From Anaerolineales bacterium (GTDB taxonomy: Bacteria > Chloroflexota > Anaerolineae > Anaerolineales > UBA11579): 64,000 bases of DNA. The stretch is from the NCBI GenBank assembly GCA_963662985.1, contig OY760067.1, positions 1,407,287 through 1,471,286 of the forward strand, written 5' to 3'. Positions 38,868-48,028 of this stretch are shown piece by piece (within the stretch, counting starts at the first letter, position 1; every line of letters begins with the position of its first letter). The notes under the pieces were generated by a model, which saw only the letters and a program-made list of their open reading frames with translations, was not told the origin of the DNA and ran no database searches. The position numbers and the translations under genes are program-made.

Positions 38868-39401
38868 ATGAAAAATAAGAGAATTCAAAAATTTCGTGCC
38901 CACTGGTTTGCCTTCAAAACAAATCAATTCAATATGGCAGGCATCCGCACGGGTGCAAAAAATGGTGTGGTGTCTGCCGTCATCTTTTTACTCGGCCTCA
39001 ATCCTTTAGTATGGATTTTCTTTGGACATCTTAATTCACCCGACGACCAAACTATTTCCGTTGGGTTTGTCATCCTTTCCACAACATTTGTTTTTGCCGC
39101 TATTATGCTTCCTCTTTTTATGTTCCTAGGCACTGTATTTGGTTTCATCATTGCCAAATCCTTAGAAAAACATCTTGCAGATTGGTCCAGAGCAAAATTT
39201 ACACTTCGTACTTTGTTCGTTTCCCTATTGATTGCAATTTTCTTCTCACTCATAGGCTTCTTCTTGATATTTGATCGAACAACACCAGCTTCCTTATTCC
39301 AATTTATTCTCGTTTGGGCGGTTCCCCTGCTCACATTAGTAGGATTTGCCACATTCACATCATCTATTCTCTACCAACGCGCCCTCAACGGAGATCTTTA
39401 G
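38868..39401 (+). CDS. Hypothetical membrane protein (about 4 TMs)
   Basis: Hydrophobic segments; fills the intergenic space; TAAAAT 6 nt before ATG. Confidence 0.7.
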   Translation: MKNKRIQKFRAHWFAFKTNQFNMAGIRTGAKNGVVSAVIFLLGLNPLVWIFFGHLNSPDDQTISVGFVILSTTFVFAAIMLPLFMFLGTVFGFIIAKSLEKHLADWSRAKFTLRTLFVSLLIAIFFSLIGFFLIFDRTTPASLFQFILVWAVPLLTLVGFATFTSSILYQRALNGDL

Positions 39402-39470
39402 GATTAGTAAAGTGCTTAAAACCTTTTAGGTTTAACACTTTCATTGCGTGTTATTAGGTATAATGAAAAT

Positions 39471-40154
39471 ATGAAGAAAAAACAATTTGTCATTTTATTG
39501 ATCTTGATCGTGTTGATTTTAGGGGCGGGAGTCGCTTATTTTGGTTATACCATTCAACAAAACATCCAAGCAACCACGCAAAAACTCACCGCTCCCATAG
39601 ACGCCATCACCAATGGAGTTGCCACTCAAGCGCAACAGATTGCCCAAATCCTCAACCCCACTCCCACCATCGTTCCAGACCCCGAATCAATCATTCATGA
39701 GGTGCGTAGCCTTGCCCGTCTCGAAACCTCCTACTATTCAGTTGAAAAAATTGTCACTGGTGAAATGAACACAGATACAGCCCTATTAGATTTCTTTCTC
39801 GGGCAAAAACTGCTCTTCATTGCCCATGGCTATGTCATTGCTGGAGTAGATCTCGAAAAATTAGAACCGCAAGATCTTAGCATCAAAGAAGGTGTCCTAT
39901 ATGTAACCTTGCCCGAAGCAGAAATCTTCGTTGCCACCCTTGATAACGATAAATCCTATGTCTATGATCGTCAATCTGGCGTACTCACAGATGTAGATCA
40001 AAACCTCGAAACACATGTTCGTCAGGTTGCTCAACAAGCAATCCTCGACACCGCCATTGAAGATGGCATCTTAGAACAAGCCCAAACCAATGCCGAAATC
40101 TATCTTCTTCGTCTATTCATCCAAGCCGGCTTCTACGATGTTATTTTCGAATAA
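39471..40154 (+). CDS. DUF4230-like membrane-anchored protein
   Basis: N-terminal TM; G.V.AGVDL, LP.AEI and GIL..A..NA motifs. Confidence 0.82.
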   Translation: MKKKQFVILLILIVLILGAGVAYFGYTIQQNIQATTQKLTAPIDAITNGVATQAQQIAQILNPTPTIVPDPESIIHEVRSLARLETSYYSVEKIVTGEMNTDTALLDFFLGQKLLFIAHGYVIAGVDLEKLEPQDLSIKEGVLYVTLPEAEIFVATLDNDKSYVYDRQSGVLTDVDQNLETHVRQVAQQAILDTAIEDGILEQAQTNAEIYLLRLFIQAGFYDVIFE

Positions 40155-40197
40155 CAAACCAACTTAGAAAATCTGAAATCAAAAGGAACAATAAATA

Positions 40198-41613
40198 ATG
40201 AGAACACCAAGTTGGGTGCAAGATGCAATTTTCTATCAAATTTTTCCCGATCGATTTGCAAAAAGTGAACACGCACCAAAATTAGCCAACACACAACCTT
40301 GGGGAAGCACACCAACCTATAATGGATTTATGGGAGGGGATTTAAGAGGAATTATTGATAAATTTGATTATCTCCTAGATCTTGGTATCAATGCGATTTA
40401 TTTGAATCCCATCTTCCAATCTTCTGCCAACCATCGTTATCACACCGTAGATTATTACATGGTCGATCATCGCCTTGGCACCATGGAAGATTTTTATTCT
40501 TTAATTGATATCGCCCATGCCAACCATGTCAAGATCATTATCGATGGGGTCTTCAATCACTGTGGCCGTGGATTTTTCCCCTTCAATGATCTTTTAGAAA
40601 ATGGCAAAGATTCTGCTTTTTCAGATTGGTTCATTGTCAAAAATTTTCCTCTCAACGCTTATGCTGAAGGGCAAACCCCCAACTATGAAGCTTGGTGGAA
40701 CATGCCTGACTTGCCCAAACTCAACACCGATAATCCTGAAGTTCGTGCTTTTATTATGGATGTTGCCCGCTTTTGGATCGATCAAGGAGCAGACGGCTGG
40801 CGTCTTGATGTCCCCGGAGAAATTGATGATGATGATTTTTGGCGTGAATTTTGTGATACCGTCAAAACCGCAAATCCAGATGCCTATATCCTTGGAGAAA
40901 TCTGGGAAGTTGCCCCCAAATGGGTAGATAAAAATCATTTCGATGGCCTTATGAACTATCCCCTTCGTTCAGCAATGCTTGATCTTCTTCGTTACGACAC
41001 CGACATCAATGGCTTTGCAGAACGCCTCAATGAACTCACCACCGTCTACGAACGTGAAAATCAATTCGCCATGTATCTTTCTATGGGCTCCCATGACCGC
41101 AAACGTGCCCTGTTTGCCTTAGATGGCAACAAAGAAAAAGTCAAGTTGCTTCACTTCCTTGCCTTTGCCTTCCCTGGTGCGCCTGCCATTTATTACGGGG
41201 ATGAGATTGGACTCAGTGGTGGCAAAGATCCTCTCAACCGAGAAGCTTTTCCATGGGATAAAAAACAGTGGGATCTCGATACATTGGTCTATTTCAAACG
41301 TCTTATCTCCATCCGTAAAGCTTTCACTAGCCTTCGTCGTGGTGACTATAAAGAACTCATTCAAAATAACGACCTCCGCTATTTTGCCTTCACCCGTCAA
41401 AAAGGAGATGAAACCATCACCGCCGTGCTCAACGCCAACAATAGCTATCAACAGATTACCCTCCCCGTGGTTACTTCTTCTCCCCTCACTCCCATTGCAG
41501 TTAAAAATCTTATCACAGATGAGATCTACGACGTAGAAGAAAACGCCGTCACCTTCCGCATGAAACCTTGGACAGGTGCCTTTCTTTTACCTATCTTTGC
41601 TAGAGAAATATAA
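40198..41613 (+). CDS. GH13 glycosidase (neopullulanase/cyclomaltodextrinase-like, no N-domain)
   Basis: YQIFPDRF, DGVFNH, GWRLDV, GEIW, SHD conserved regions. Confidence 0.93.
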   Translation: MRTPSWVQDAIFYQIFPDRFAKSEHAPKLANTQPWGSTPTYNGFMGGDLRGIIDKFDYLLDLGINAIYLNPIFQSSANHRYHTVDYYMVDHRLGTMEDFYSLIDIAHANHVKIIIDGVFNHCGRGFFPFNDLLENGKDSAFSDWFIVKNFPLNAYAEGQTPNYEAWWNMPDLPKLNTDNPEVRAFIMDVARFWIDQGADGWRLDVPGEIDDDDFWREFCDTVKTANPDAYILGEIWEVAPKWVDKNHFDGLMNYPLRSAMLDLLRYDTDINGFAERLNELTTVYERENQFAMYLSMGSHDRKRALFALDGNKEKVKLLHFLAFAFPGAPAIYYGDEIGLSGGKDPLNREAFPWDKKQWDLDTLVYFKRLISIRKAFTSLRRGDYKELIQNNDLRYFAFTRQKGDETITAVLNANNSYQQITLPVVTSSPLTPIAVKNLITDEIYDVEENAVTFRMKPWTGAFLLPIFAREI

Positions 41614-41625
41614 ATCTAAAAAATC

Positions 41626-41658
41626 AAAAAGAGGTTGAATTAAATTCAACCTCTTTTT
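41626..41658. terminator. Bidirectional terminator between the GH13 gene and pyrH
   Basis: AAAAAGAGGTTGAAT-TAA-ATTCAACCTCTTTTT. Confidence 0.85.
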
Positions 41659-41687
41659 AGTGATTAATTGATTATTTTTTCTAACGG

Positions 41688-42425
<738 letters not shown>

Positions 42426-42451
42426 TCACTGCTAATTTTATCGTAAAATGC

Positions 42452-42479
42452 AAAAAAAAGACCAGCATAGCTGGTCTTT
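42452..42479 (-). terminator. Terminator between tsf and pyrH
   Basis: Minus strand AAAGACCAGC-TAT-GCTGGTCTTTTTTT. Confidence 0.75.
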
Positions 42480-42491
42480 AAGAATGTAGAA

Positions 42492-43094
42492 TTAATCGAT
42501 GCTTTCGCCAAGCTCCCAACGTTTGAAGCGGCGTATCACAATGTTTTCACCCATTGCAGCAATGCTTTCATTCAACATGTCAGCAATTGTCTTGCTGTCA
42601 TCGCGGATATAAACTTGATTCATCAAAACGATTTCTTTTTTGAATTTACTCAAGCGGCCTTCCACAATGCGTTCAATCATGTTTTCAGGTTTGCCTTCTT
42701 CAAGTGCGGTTGCACGGGCAACTTCTTCTTCTCGTGCCAAAACATCAGCAGGAAGATCTTCTTCCTTCACACAGATAGGAGAAGCGGCTGCAATTTGCAA
42801 TGCAATTTCATGTGCAAAAGTGCGGAAACCTTCAGAACGTGACACAAAATCTGTTTCACAGTTCACTTCAACGATCACACCAACGCGGCCATCACCGTGG
42901 GAATAGAGTTCCACAACGCCTTCAGAAGCATCACGGTCAGAACGTTTAGCAGCCTTAGAAAGACCTTTTTCACGCAAATAGTCAACTGCCCCGTCAAAGT
43001 CGCCATTGGAGCTTTCCAAAGCAGCTTTGCAATCCATCATAGGAGCACCGGTTGCTTTGCGAAGTTCTTTAATCAAATCAATGGAAATTGCCAT
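42492..43094 (-). CDS. tsf: Elongation factor Ts (short form)
   Basis: LR..TGA.MMDCK.AL, EVNCETDFV. Confidence 0.97.
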   Translation of the reverse strand: MAISIDLIKELRKATGAPMMDCKAALESSNGDFDGAVDYLREKGLSKAAKRSDRDASEGVVELYSHGDGRVGVIVEVNCETDFVSRSEGFRTFAHEIALQIAAASPICVKEEDLPADVLAREEEVARATALEEGKPENMIERIVEGRLSKFKKEIVLMNQVYIRDDSKTIADMLNESIAAMGENIVIRRFKRWELGESID

Positions 43095-43115
43095 AATATC
43101 TTTCGTCCTCTACTT

Positions 43116-43937
43116 TTATTCTTCGTCTTCTTGTTCAGCCAAACGTTTCAATGTGGCTTCACCGAGCAATGCTTCATCAGAAAGTTCTTCTGCTTCTTTT
43201 TCAGCTTTCTTGATTTCTTCTTTTGCTGCGGGGATTTCTTCTTCATCGTCTTTGCGCATGGCTTTGCCTTCCAAAACTGCATCTGCCATATAGCCCACGA
43301 TCAATTTAATTGCGCGAATTGCATCATCGTTAGAAGGGATCACATAATCGATATTTTCGGGATCACAATTGGTGTCAACCATTGCCACCACGGGAATACC
43401 AAGAATGTTTGCTTCACGAACTGCAGTTTCTTCTTTGCGGACATCAACCACGAAAATAAGATCAGGAAGGTGAGTCATGTTTCGAATACCAGAGAATCGC
43501 ATTTCCAATTTTTCAATTTGGCGTGTGATTCCAAGGGCTTCCTTCTTTGTAATCAGGTCGAAGTCTCCGCGGTCGCGCATTCTTTCCATTCGTTCGAGTT
43601 CGCTAATACGTTGTCTCATGGTTGTCCAGTTGGTGAGCATCCCACCAAGCCAACGGACGGTCACAAAAGGCATGCCACAGCGTTTTGCTTCTAACTCAAT
43701 CATTTCTTGCGCTTGTCTTTTTGTTCCAACAAAAAGAATCTTTCCACCGTCTGCAACAGTGTCACGAACCAATGTAGAAGCTTCATTCAATGACTTAACA
43801 GTTTGTTGTAAGTCAATGATATGAATACCATTTCGTTCGGTGAAGATATATTCTTTCATCTTGGGATCCCAACGTTGGGTACGATGCCCAAAGTGGACGC
43901 CACTCTCGAGGAGGGCTTTCATAGAAATATTTGCCAT
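43116..43937 (-). CDS. rpsB: 30S ribosomal protein S2
   Basis: [35 protein letters not shown]; ATG after AGGAG. Confidence 0.98.
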   Translation of the reverse strand: MANISMKALLESGVHFGHRTQRWDPKMKEYIFTERNGIHIIDLQQTVKSLNEASTLVRDTVADGGKILFVGTKRQAQEMIELEAKRCGMPFVTVRWLGGMLTNWTTMRQRISELERMERMRDRGDFDLITKKEALGITRQIEKLEMRFSGIRNMTHLPDLIFVVDVRKEETAVREANILGIPVVAMVDTNCDPENIDYVIPSNDDAIRAIKLIVGYMADAVLEGKAMRKDDEEEIPAAKEEIKKAEKEAEELSDEALLGEATLKRLAEQEDEE

Positions 43938-43944
43938 CAGAGTC

Positions 43945-44035
43945 TCCTGTTTTTTGTTCCTCCGCTTTCGTCTCTCTTTTCCAGAACCTTGCACATATCT
44001 CAAGGCACAACCAGAAAAGTCAAAAAGCGTGTGTA
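43945..44035 (-). promoter_or_regulatory. Probable rpsB (S2) autoregulatory leader RNA
   Basis: Minus strand ACACACGCTTT...GGTTGTGCC...AAAGCGGAGG with internal stems, resembling conserved rpsB leaders. Confidence 0.6.
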
Positions 44036-44272
44036 ATAGTTACCGTTCAAAAAAACCTTTTTTGAACATACTCGCAGATTGCACGAGTGTAAAAATTATA
44101 CCATACACTCAAACTCTTTCAATACTACAGAAAGAAAACACCATGAATTCTGTAAGAAAAACGAAGATTAATGCTTCTAATAAAAGAGATTAAAAACAGC
44201 TATAAATTTTACTAAAAGATAAAATATAGATAGTTTTTATAAAAATTATTAATAAGAAATGGAGAAATTATA

Positions 44273-44455
44273 ATGAAATTAACCCCACCAAAAAAAGTAG
44301 TCTTTAACGTAGCATTAGTGCTTGCAGTCCTCGGTTTAGTTGCCATCGTTGCATCTTTCTTTGTTGCCTTCAAGTTCACACTCTTGATCGGCGCAGTCCT
44401 TTCCTTGGTTGCTTGGGCTCTCTTGGCCGCTGGCAATGCTTTCAAAGGCTTCTAA
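44273..44455 (+). CDS. Small two-TM membrane protein, copy 1 (60 aa)
   Basis: GGAG RBS, own terminator; paralog at 44745. Confidence 0.85.
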   Translation: MKLTPPKKVVFNVALVLAVLGLVAIVASFFVAFKFTLLIGAVLSLVAWALLAAGNAFKGF

Positions 44456-44477
44456 ACAAATCTTTTTATAGAAAAGA

Positions 44478-44508
44478 AAAAGAGCGTGGAAATTTTCCAT
44501 GCTCTTTT
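44478..44508 (+). terminator. Intrinsic terminator
   Basis: AAAAGAGCGTGGAA-ATT-TTCCATGCTCTTTT. Confidence 0.8.
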
Positions 44509-44744
44509 AATATCTACTTCCTTCATTATATACATCTAAATTCTCCTAAGACCTCTAGCGCTACTATAATATGCAGAACTTAAATTCAAACAATAAAATA
44601 AATAGCGCCAAAAAACATTGCATACTAAAATTAAAGAATGTTAATAAACTTTTTACGCAACGAAATCCTAATTTAGGGTTTAATTAAGTAGAAAGTTGAA
44701 TAAACCTGCTGTTTATTAACTTTTTAACTAAGAAGGAGATTCAC

Positions 44745-44915
44745 ATGAAATTAACACCTCCCAAAAAAGTAGTCTTTATTATCGCTTTGATCTTGGCCGT
44801 TTTGGCAGTCGTATCCGTTTTTGTTGCAATTCCATTCGTTTCAACCTATTCTTTCTGGGTTGCATTCGCCGCATGGCTTCTTTTGGCCGCCGGCAACTAT
44901 TTCAAAGGCTTCTAG
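44745..44915 (+). CDS. Small two-TM membrane protein, copy 2 (56 aa; absent from the ORF track)
   Basis: AAGGAG RBS; MKLTPPKKVVFIIALILAVLAVVSVFVAIPFVSTYSFWVAFAAWLLLAAGNYFKGF. Confidence 0.85.
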   Translation: MKLTPPKKVVFIIALILAVLAVVSVFVAIPFVSTYSFWVAFAAWLLLAAGNYFKGF

Positions 44916-45204
44916 TTTCACTAGAACCCCCATATTTATTACTAAATAAAAAAATAAAACAGCAGGTTTTTCTTTTTTCATTTTCCCCCACGTCTAATAA
45001 ATCACCCTAAAGTCCTCTCAAACACTCTCCTCTTTCCTTAAATATCCTTGTAACCACTATGTAACCGCCCCCAAACTCACCTTAAAAAAAAGAATTAAGG
45101 TAAAATAACATGGGCTGTTATGGGCCCCATAAAAGTTTAATCTAAAAATAAAAATCAGGAACAAGTTATTTCCTGCAATTATATTCTTCGGAGGATTATA
45201 AAAA

Positions 45205-47925
45205 ATGACAAAAAAATGGGTGTATACCTACAGTGAAGTCTCCAAAGCAGAAGAAATCTGTGGCGGCGATTGGGAACAAGTACGTGGCCTCCTCGGCGGT
45301 AAAGGTGCAAACCTTGCAGATATGTATCGCATCGGCGTACCCGTGCCTCCCGGATTCACAGTAACAACTGAAGCTTGTAACGCTTTCTTGGCTGCTGGCG
45401 AACAATTCCCCGGCACCATGTGGGATCAAATCTTAGAAGGCTTGAAGAAGACAGAACAAGAAACAGGCAAAGGTCTTGGTGACCCCAAGAATCCTCTCTT
45501 GGTTTCCTGCCGTTCTGGCGCAAAATTCTCCATGCCCGGCATGATGGACACCGTCCTCAACATCGGCCTCAACGATGAAACCGCCAAAGGCATGATCGCA
45601 CTCACTGGTGACGAACGTTTCGTATACGACTCCTACCGCCGCTTGATTCACATGTTCGGCTCAGTCGTCCTCGGCATTGATGACGAAGAATTTGAAGACG
45701 TATTGGGTGCCTACAAAAAAGACAAAGGCTACAAATCTGATACAGACCTCACAGCAGATGACTGGAAAATAATCACCGCTGAAAACAAAAAGATCGTCAA
45801 AGAACAAATGGGCTTTGACTTCCCCCAAGACGCAGTCGAACAAATGAAATTGGCCACTGAAGCCGTTTTCAAATCATGGAATGCAAAACGCGCTTTCGAC
45901 TATCGAAAAGCCGCTGGCATCGCCCACGACCTCGGCACAGCCGTCAACATCGTCACCATGGCCTTCGGCAACATGGGTGACAATTCCGGTACAGGTGTTG
46001 CCTTCACCCGCAACCCAGCCACTGGTGAATATAAACTCTATGGCGAATATTTGATAAACGCCCAAGGTGAAGACGTGGTTGCTGGTATCCGCACTGCATC
46101 AGACATTTCCTTGCTCGCCAAAGAAATGCCCACAGTCTATGACCAATTTGTAGAAATTACAGAAAAACTTGAAAAACACTACCGCGAAATGCAAGATATG
46201 GAATTCACCATTGAACGCGGCAACCTTTGGATGCTCCAAACCCGTAACGGGAAACGCACCGCCAAAGCAGCCGTCAAAATCGCAGTAGACCAAGCAAACG
46301 AAGGTCTCATCAGCAAAGAAGAAGCCATCATGCGCGTCTCCGCTGAACAAGTCGACACCCTCCTTCACCCACAATTCAAAGCCGCTGCCTTGAAAGCAGC
46401 CACTGACCTTTGTTCTGGTGTGAACGCATCCCCCGGTGCAGCCGTTGGGAAAGTCTACTTTGATGCAGACACTGCTTTTGAAAAATCAGAAGCTGGCGAA
46501 GATGTTGTCATGGTTCGCCCCTTCACCAAACCAGACGACGTGCACGGTATGCTCGCTTCCAAAGGTATTTTGACCTCTGAAGGTGGCGCAACCTCACACG
46601 CAGCCGTGGTTGCTCGCCAATTTGGTGTGCCTTGTGTTTCTGGTGCTTCCGAACTTCGTATCGAAGGCAAACAACTTTCCGTTGGCGACATTGTTGTCAA
46701 AGAAGGTGAATGGCTCTCCATCGACGGTACCACCGGGAAAGCCTATGTTGGTCAAGTTGACGTTGAAGTTCCAAACTTGGAAGAACAAACCGACCTCCTC
46801 ACCTTGCTCGATTGGGCAGATGAAATTTGTGCCACCCCCGGCATCCGCACCTCTGTGAATGGTTCCCCCACCACAGGTTTGCAAGTCTGGGCAAACGCAG
46901 ATTACCCCGCAGACGCAGAACGCGCTCGCTCCTACGGTGCCAAGGGTATTGGCCTCTGCCGTACAGAGCACATGTTCTTTGAAACAGAACGTCTCCCCAT
47001 CGTCCAAGATATGATCTTGGCCCAAACCTCTGAAGACCGCGTCGCCGCATTGGACAAATTGCTCCCCAGCCAACGCGCAGACTTTAAAGGCCTCTTCGAA
47101 GCCATGGACGGACTTCCCGTAATCGTTCGTTTGATCGATCCCCCTCTCCACGAATTCCTCCCCGAAATGGAAGAACTCTTGGAAGAAGTTATCACCATGA
47201 AAGCCAAAGGTGAAACCAAAGGCTTGGCAGAAAAAGAAGAAATGCTTCAAAACGTTCGCGAAATGCACGAATCCAACCCCATGATGGGGCTCCGTGGTGT
47301 TCGCTTGTCCTACATGATGCCCGAAATTGTTGAAATGCAAGTTCGCGCCATCTTCGAAGCCGCTGCTGATGTCAAATTGGCCGGCAAAGAACCGAAACCA
47401 GAAGTCATGATTCCATTGACCGGTCACGTCAACGAATTGAACTTCATTCAACCTCGCTTGGTTCGCATTGCAAAAGCAGTCATGGACGAAAAAGGCGTCA
47501 ACTTTGCCTACAAATTCGGCACCATGATCGAAATTCCTCGCGCCGCAATGACCTCCAAACAAATCGCTGAAGTAGCAGAATTCTACTCCTTCGGAACCAA
47601 CGACTTGACCCAAATGACCTTTGGCTACAGCCGTGACGATGCAGAACGCAACTTCCTCCTCAAATACGTGGAAGATGGCATTCTCCCCACCAACCCATTC
47701 CAAACCATTGACCAAGAAGGTGTTGGTCGTGTGATGGATATCGCCGTTGCAGACGGTCGCGCCGTGCGCCCTGACCTCGAAGTCGGCATCTGTGGTGAAC
47801 ACGGTGGAGACCCCGCATCCATCGACTTCTGCCACCGCGTGGGCAACAACTATGTCAGCTGTTCCCCCTTCCGTGTCCCCGTGGCACGCTTGGCAGCTGG
47901 TCAAGCCGCAATCCGCAATAAATAA
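45205..47925 (+). CDS. ppdK: Pyruvate, phosphate dikinase
   Basis: LLGGKGANL, SMPGMMDT, GGATSHAAVVAR phospho-His, GLCRTEHMF, GTNDLTQ, CGEHGG. Confidence 0.98.
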   Translation: MTKKWVYTYSEVSKAEEICGGDWEQVRGLLGGKGANLADMYRIGVPVPPGFTVTTEACNAFLAAGEQFPGTMWDQILEGLKKTEQETGKGLGDPKNPLLVSCRSGAKFSMPGMMDTVLNIGLNDETAKGMIALTGDERFVYDSYRRLIHMFGSVVLGIDDEEFEDVLGAYKKDKGYKSDTDLTADDWKIITAENKKIVKEQMGFDFPQDAVEQMKLATEAVFKSWNAKRAFDYRKAAGIAHDLGTAVNIVTMAFGNMGDNSGTGVAFTRNPATGEYKLYGEYLINAQGEDVVAGIRTASDISLLAKEMPTVYDQFVEITEKLEKHYREMQDMEFTIERGNLWMLQTRNGKRTAKAAVKIAVDQANEGLISKEEAIMRVSAEQVDTLLHPQFKAAALKAATDLCSGVNASPGAAVGKVYFDADTAFEKSEAGEDVVMVRPFTKPDDVHGMLASKGILTSEGGATSHAAVVARQFGVPCVSGASELRIEGKQLSVGDIVVKEGEWLSIDGTTGKAYVGQVDVEVPNLEEQTDLLTLLDWADEICATPGIRTSVNGSPTTGLQVWANADYPADAERARSYGAKGIGLCRTEHMFFETERLPIVQDMILAQTSEDRVAALDKLLPSQRADFKGLFEAMDGLPVIVRLIDPPLHEFLPEMEELLEEVITMKAKGETKGLAEKEEMLQNVREMHESNPMMGLRGVRLSYMMPEIVEMQVRAIFEAAADVKLAGKEPKPEVMIPLTGHVNELNFIQPRLVRIAKAVMDEKGVNFAYKFGTMIEIPRAAMTSKQIAEVAEFYSFGTNDLTQMTFGYSRDDAERNFLLKYVEDGILPTNPFQTIDQEGVGRVMDIAVADGRAVRPDLEVGICGEHGGDPASIDFCHRVGNNYVSCSPFRVPVARLAAGQAAIRNK

Positions 47926-47947
47926 GCGCATTGCTCCTAGCAAAACA

Positions 47948-47977
47948 AAAGTGCTCCTCAATGAGGGGCACTTTTTT
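47948..47977 (+). terminator. Intrinsic terminator after ppdK
   Basis: AAAGTGCTCCTC-AAT-GAGGGGCACTTTTTT. Confidence 0.85.
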
Positions 47978-48028
47978 GTTCTTATTTTTGATATAATAGG
48001 GTATGGAAAGCAAGCGGGAGGACATCTG

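Noticed and set aside
44510-44560. Antisense (antitoxin) promoter facing small-protein copy 1
   Set aside because: A minus-strand TATAAT exists but has no -35 or TG extension, and it would run straight into the terminator hairpin
46594-47961. 455-aa antisense ORF
   Set aside because: Shadow of the strongly codon-biased ppdK; no recognisable motifs
47747-48028. N-terminal extension of the 1293-aa ORF
   Set aside because: Overlaps ppdK and crosses its terminator; the GGAGG RBS supports ATG 48029
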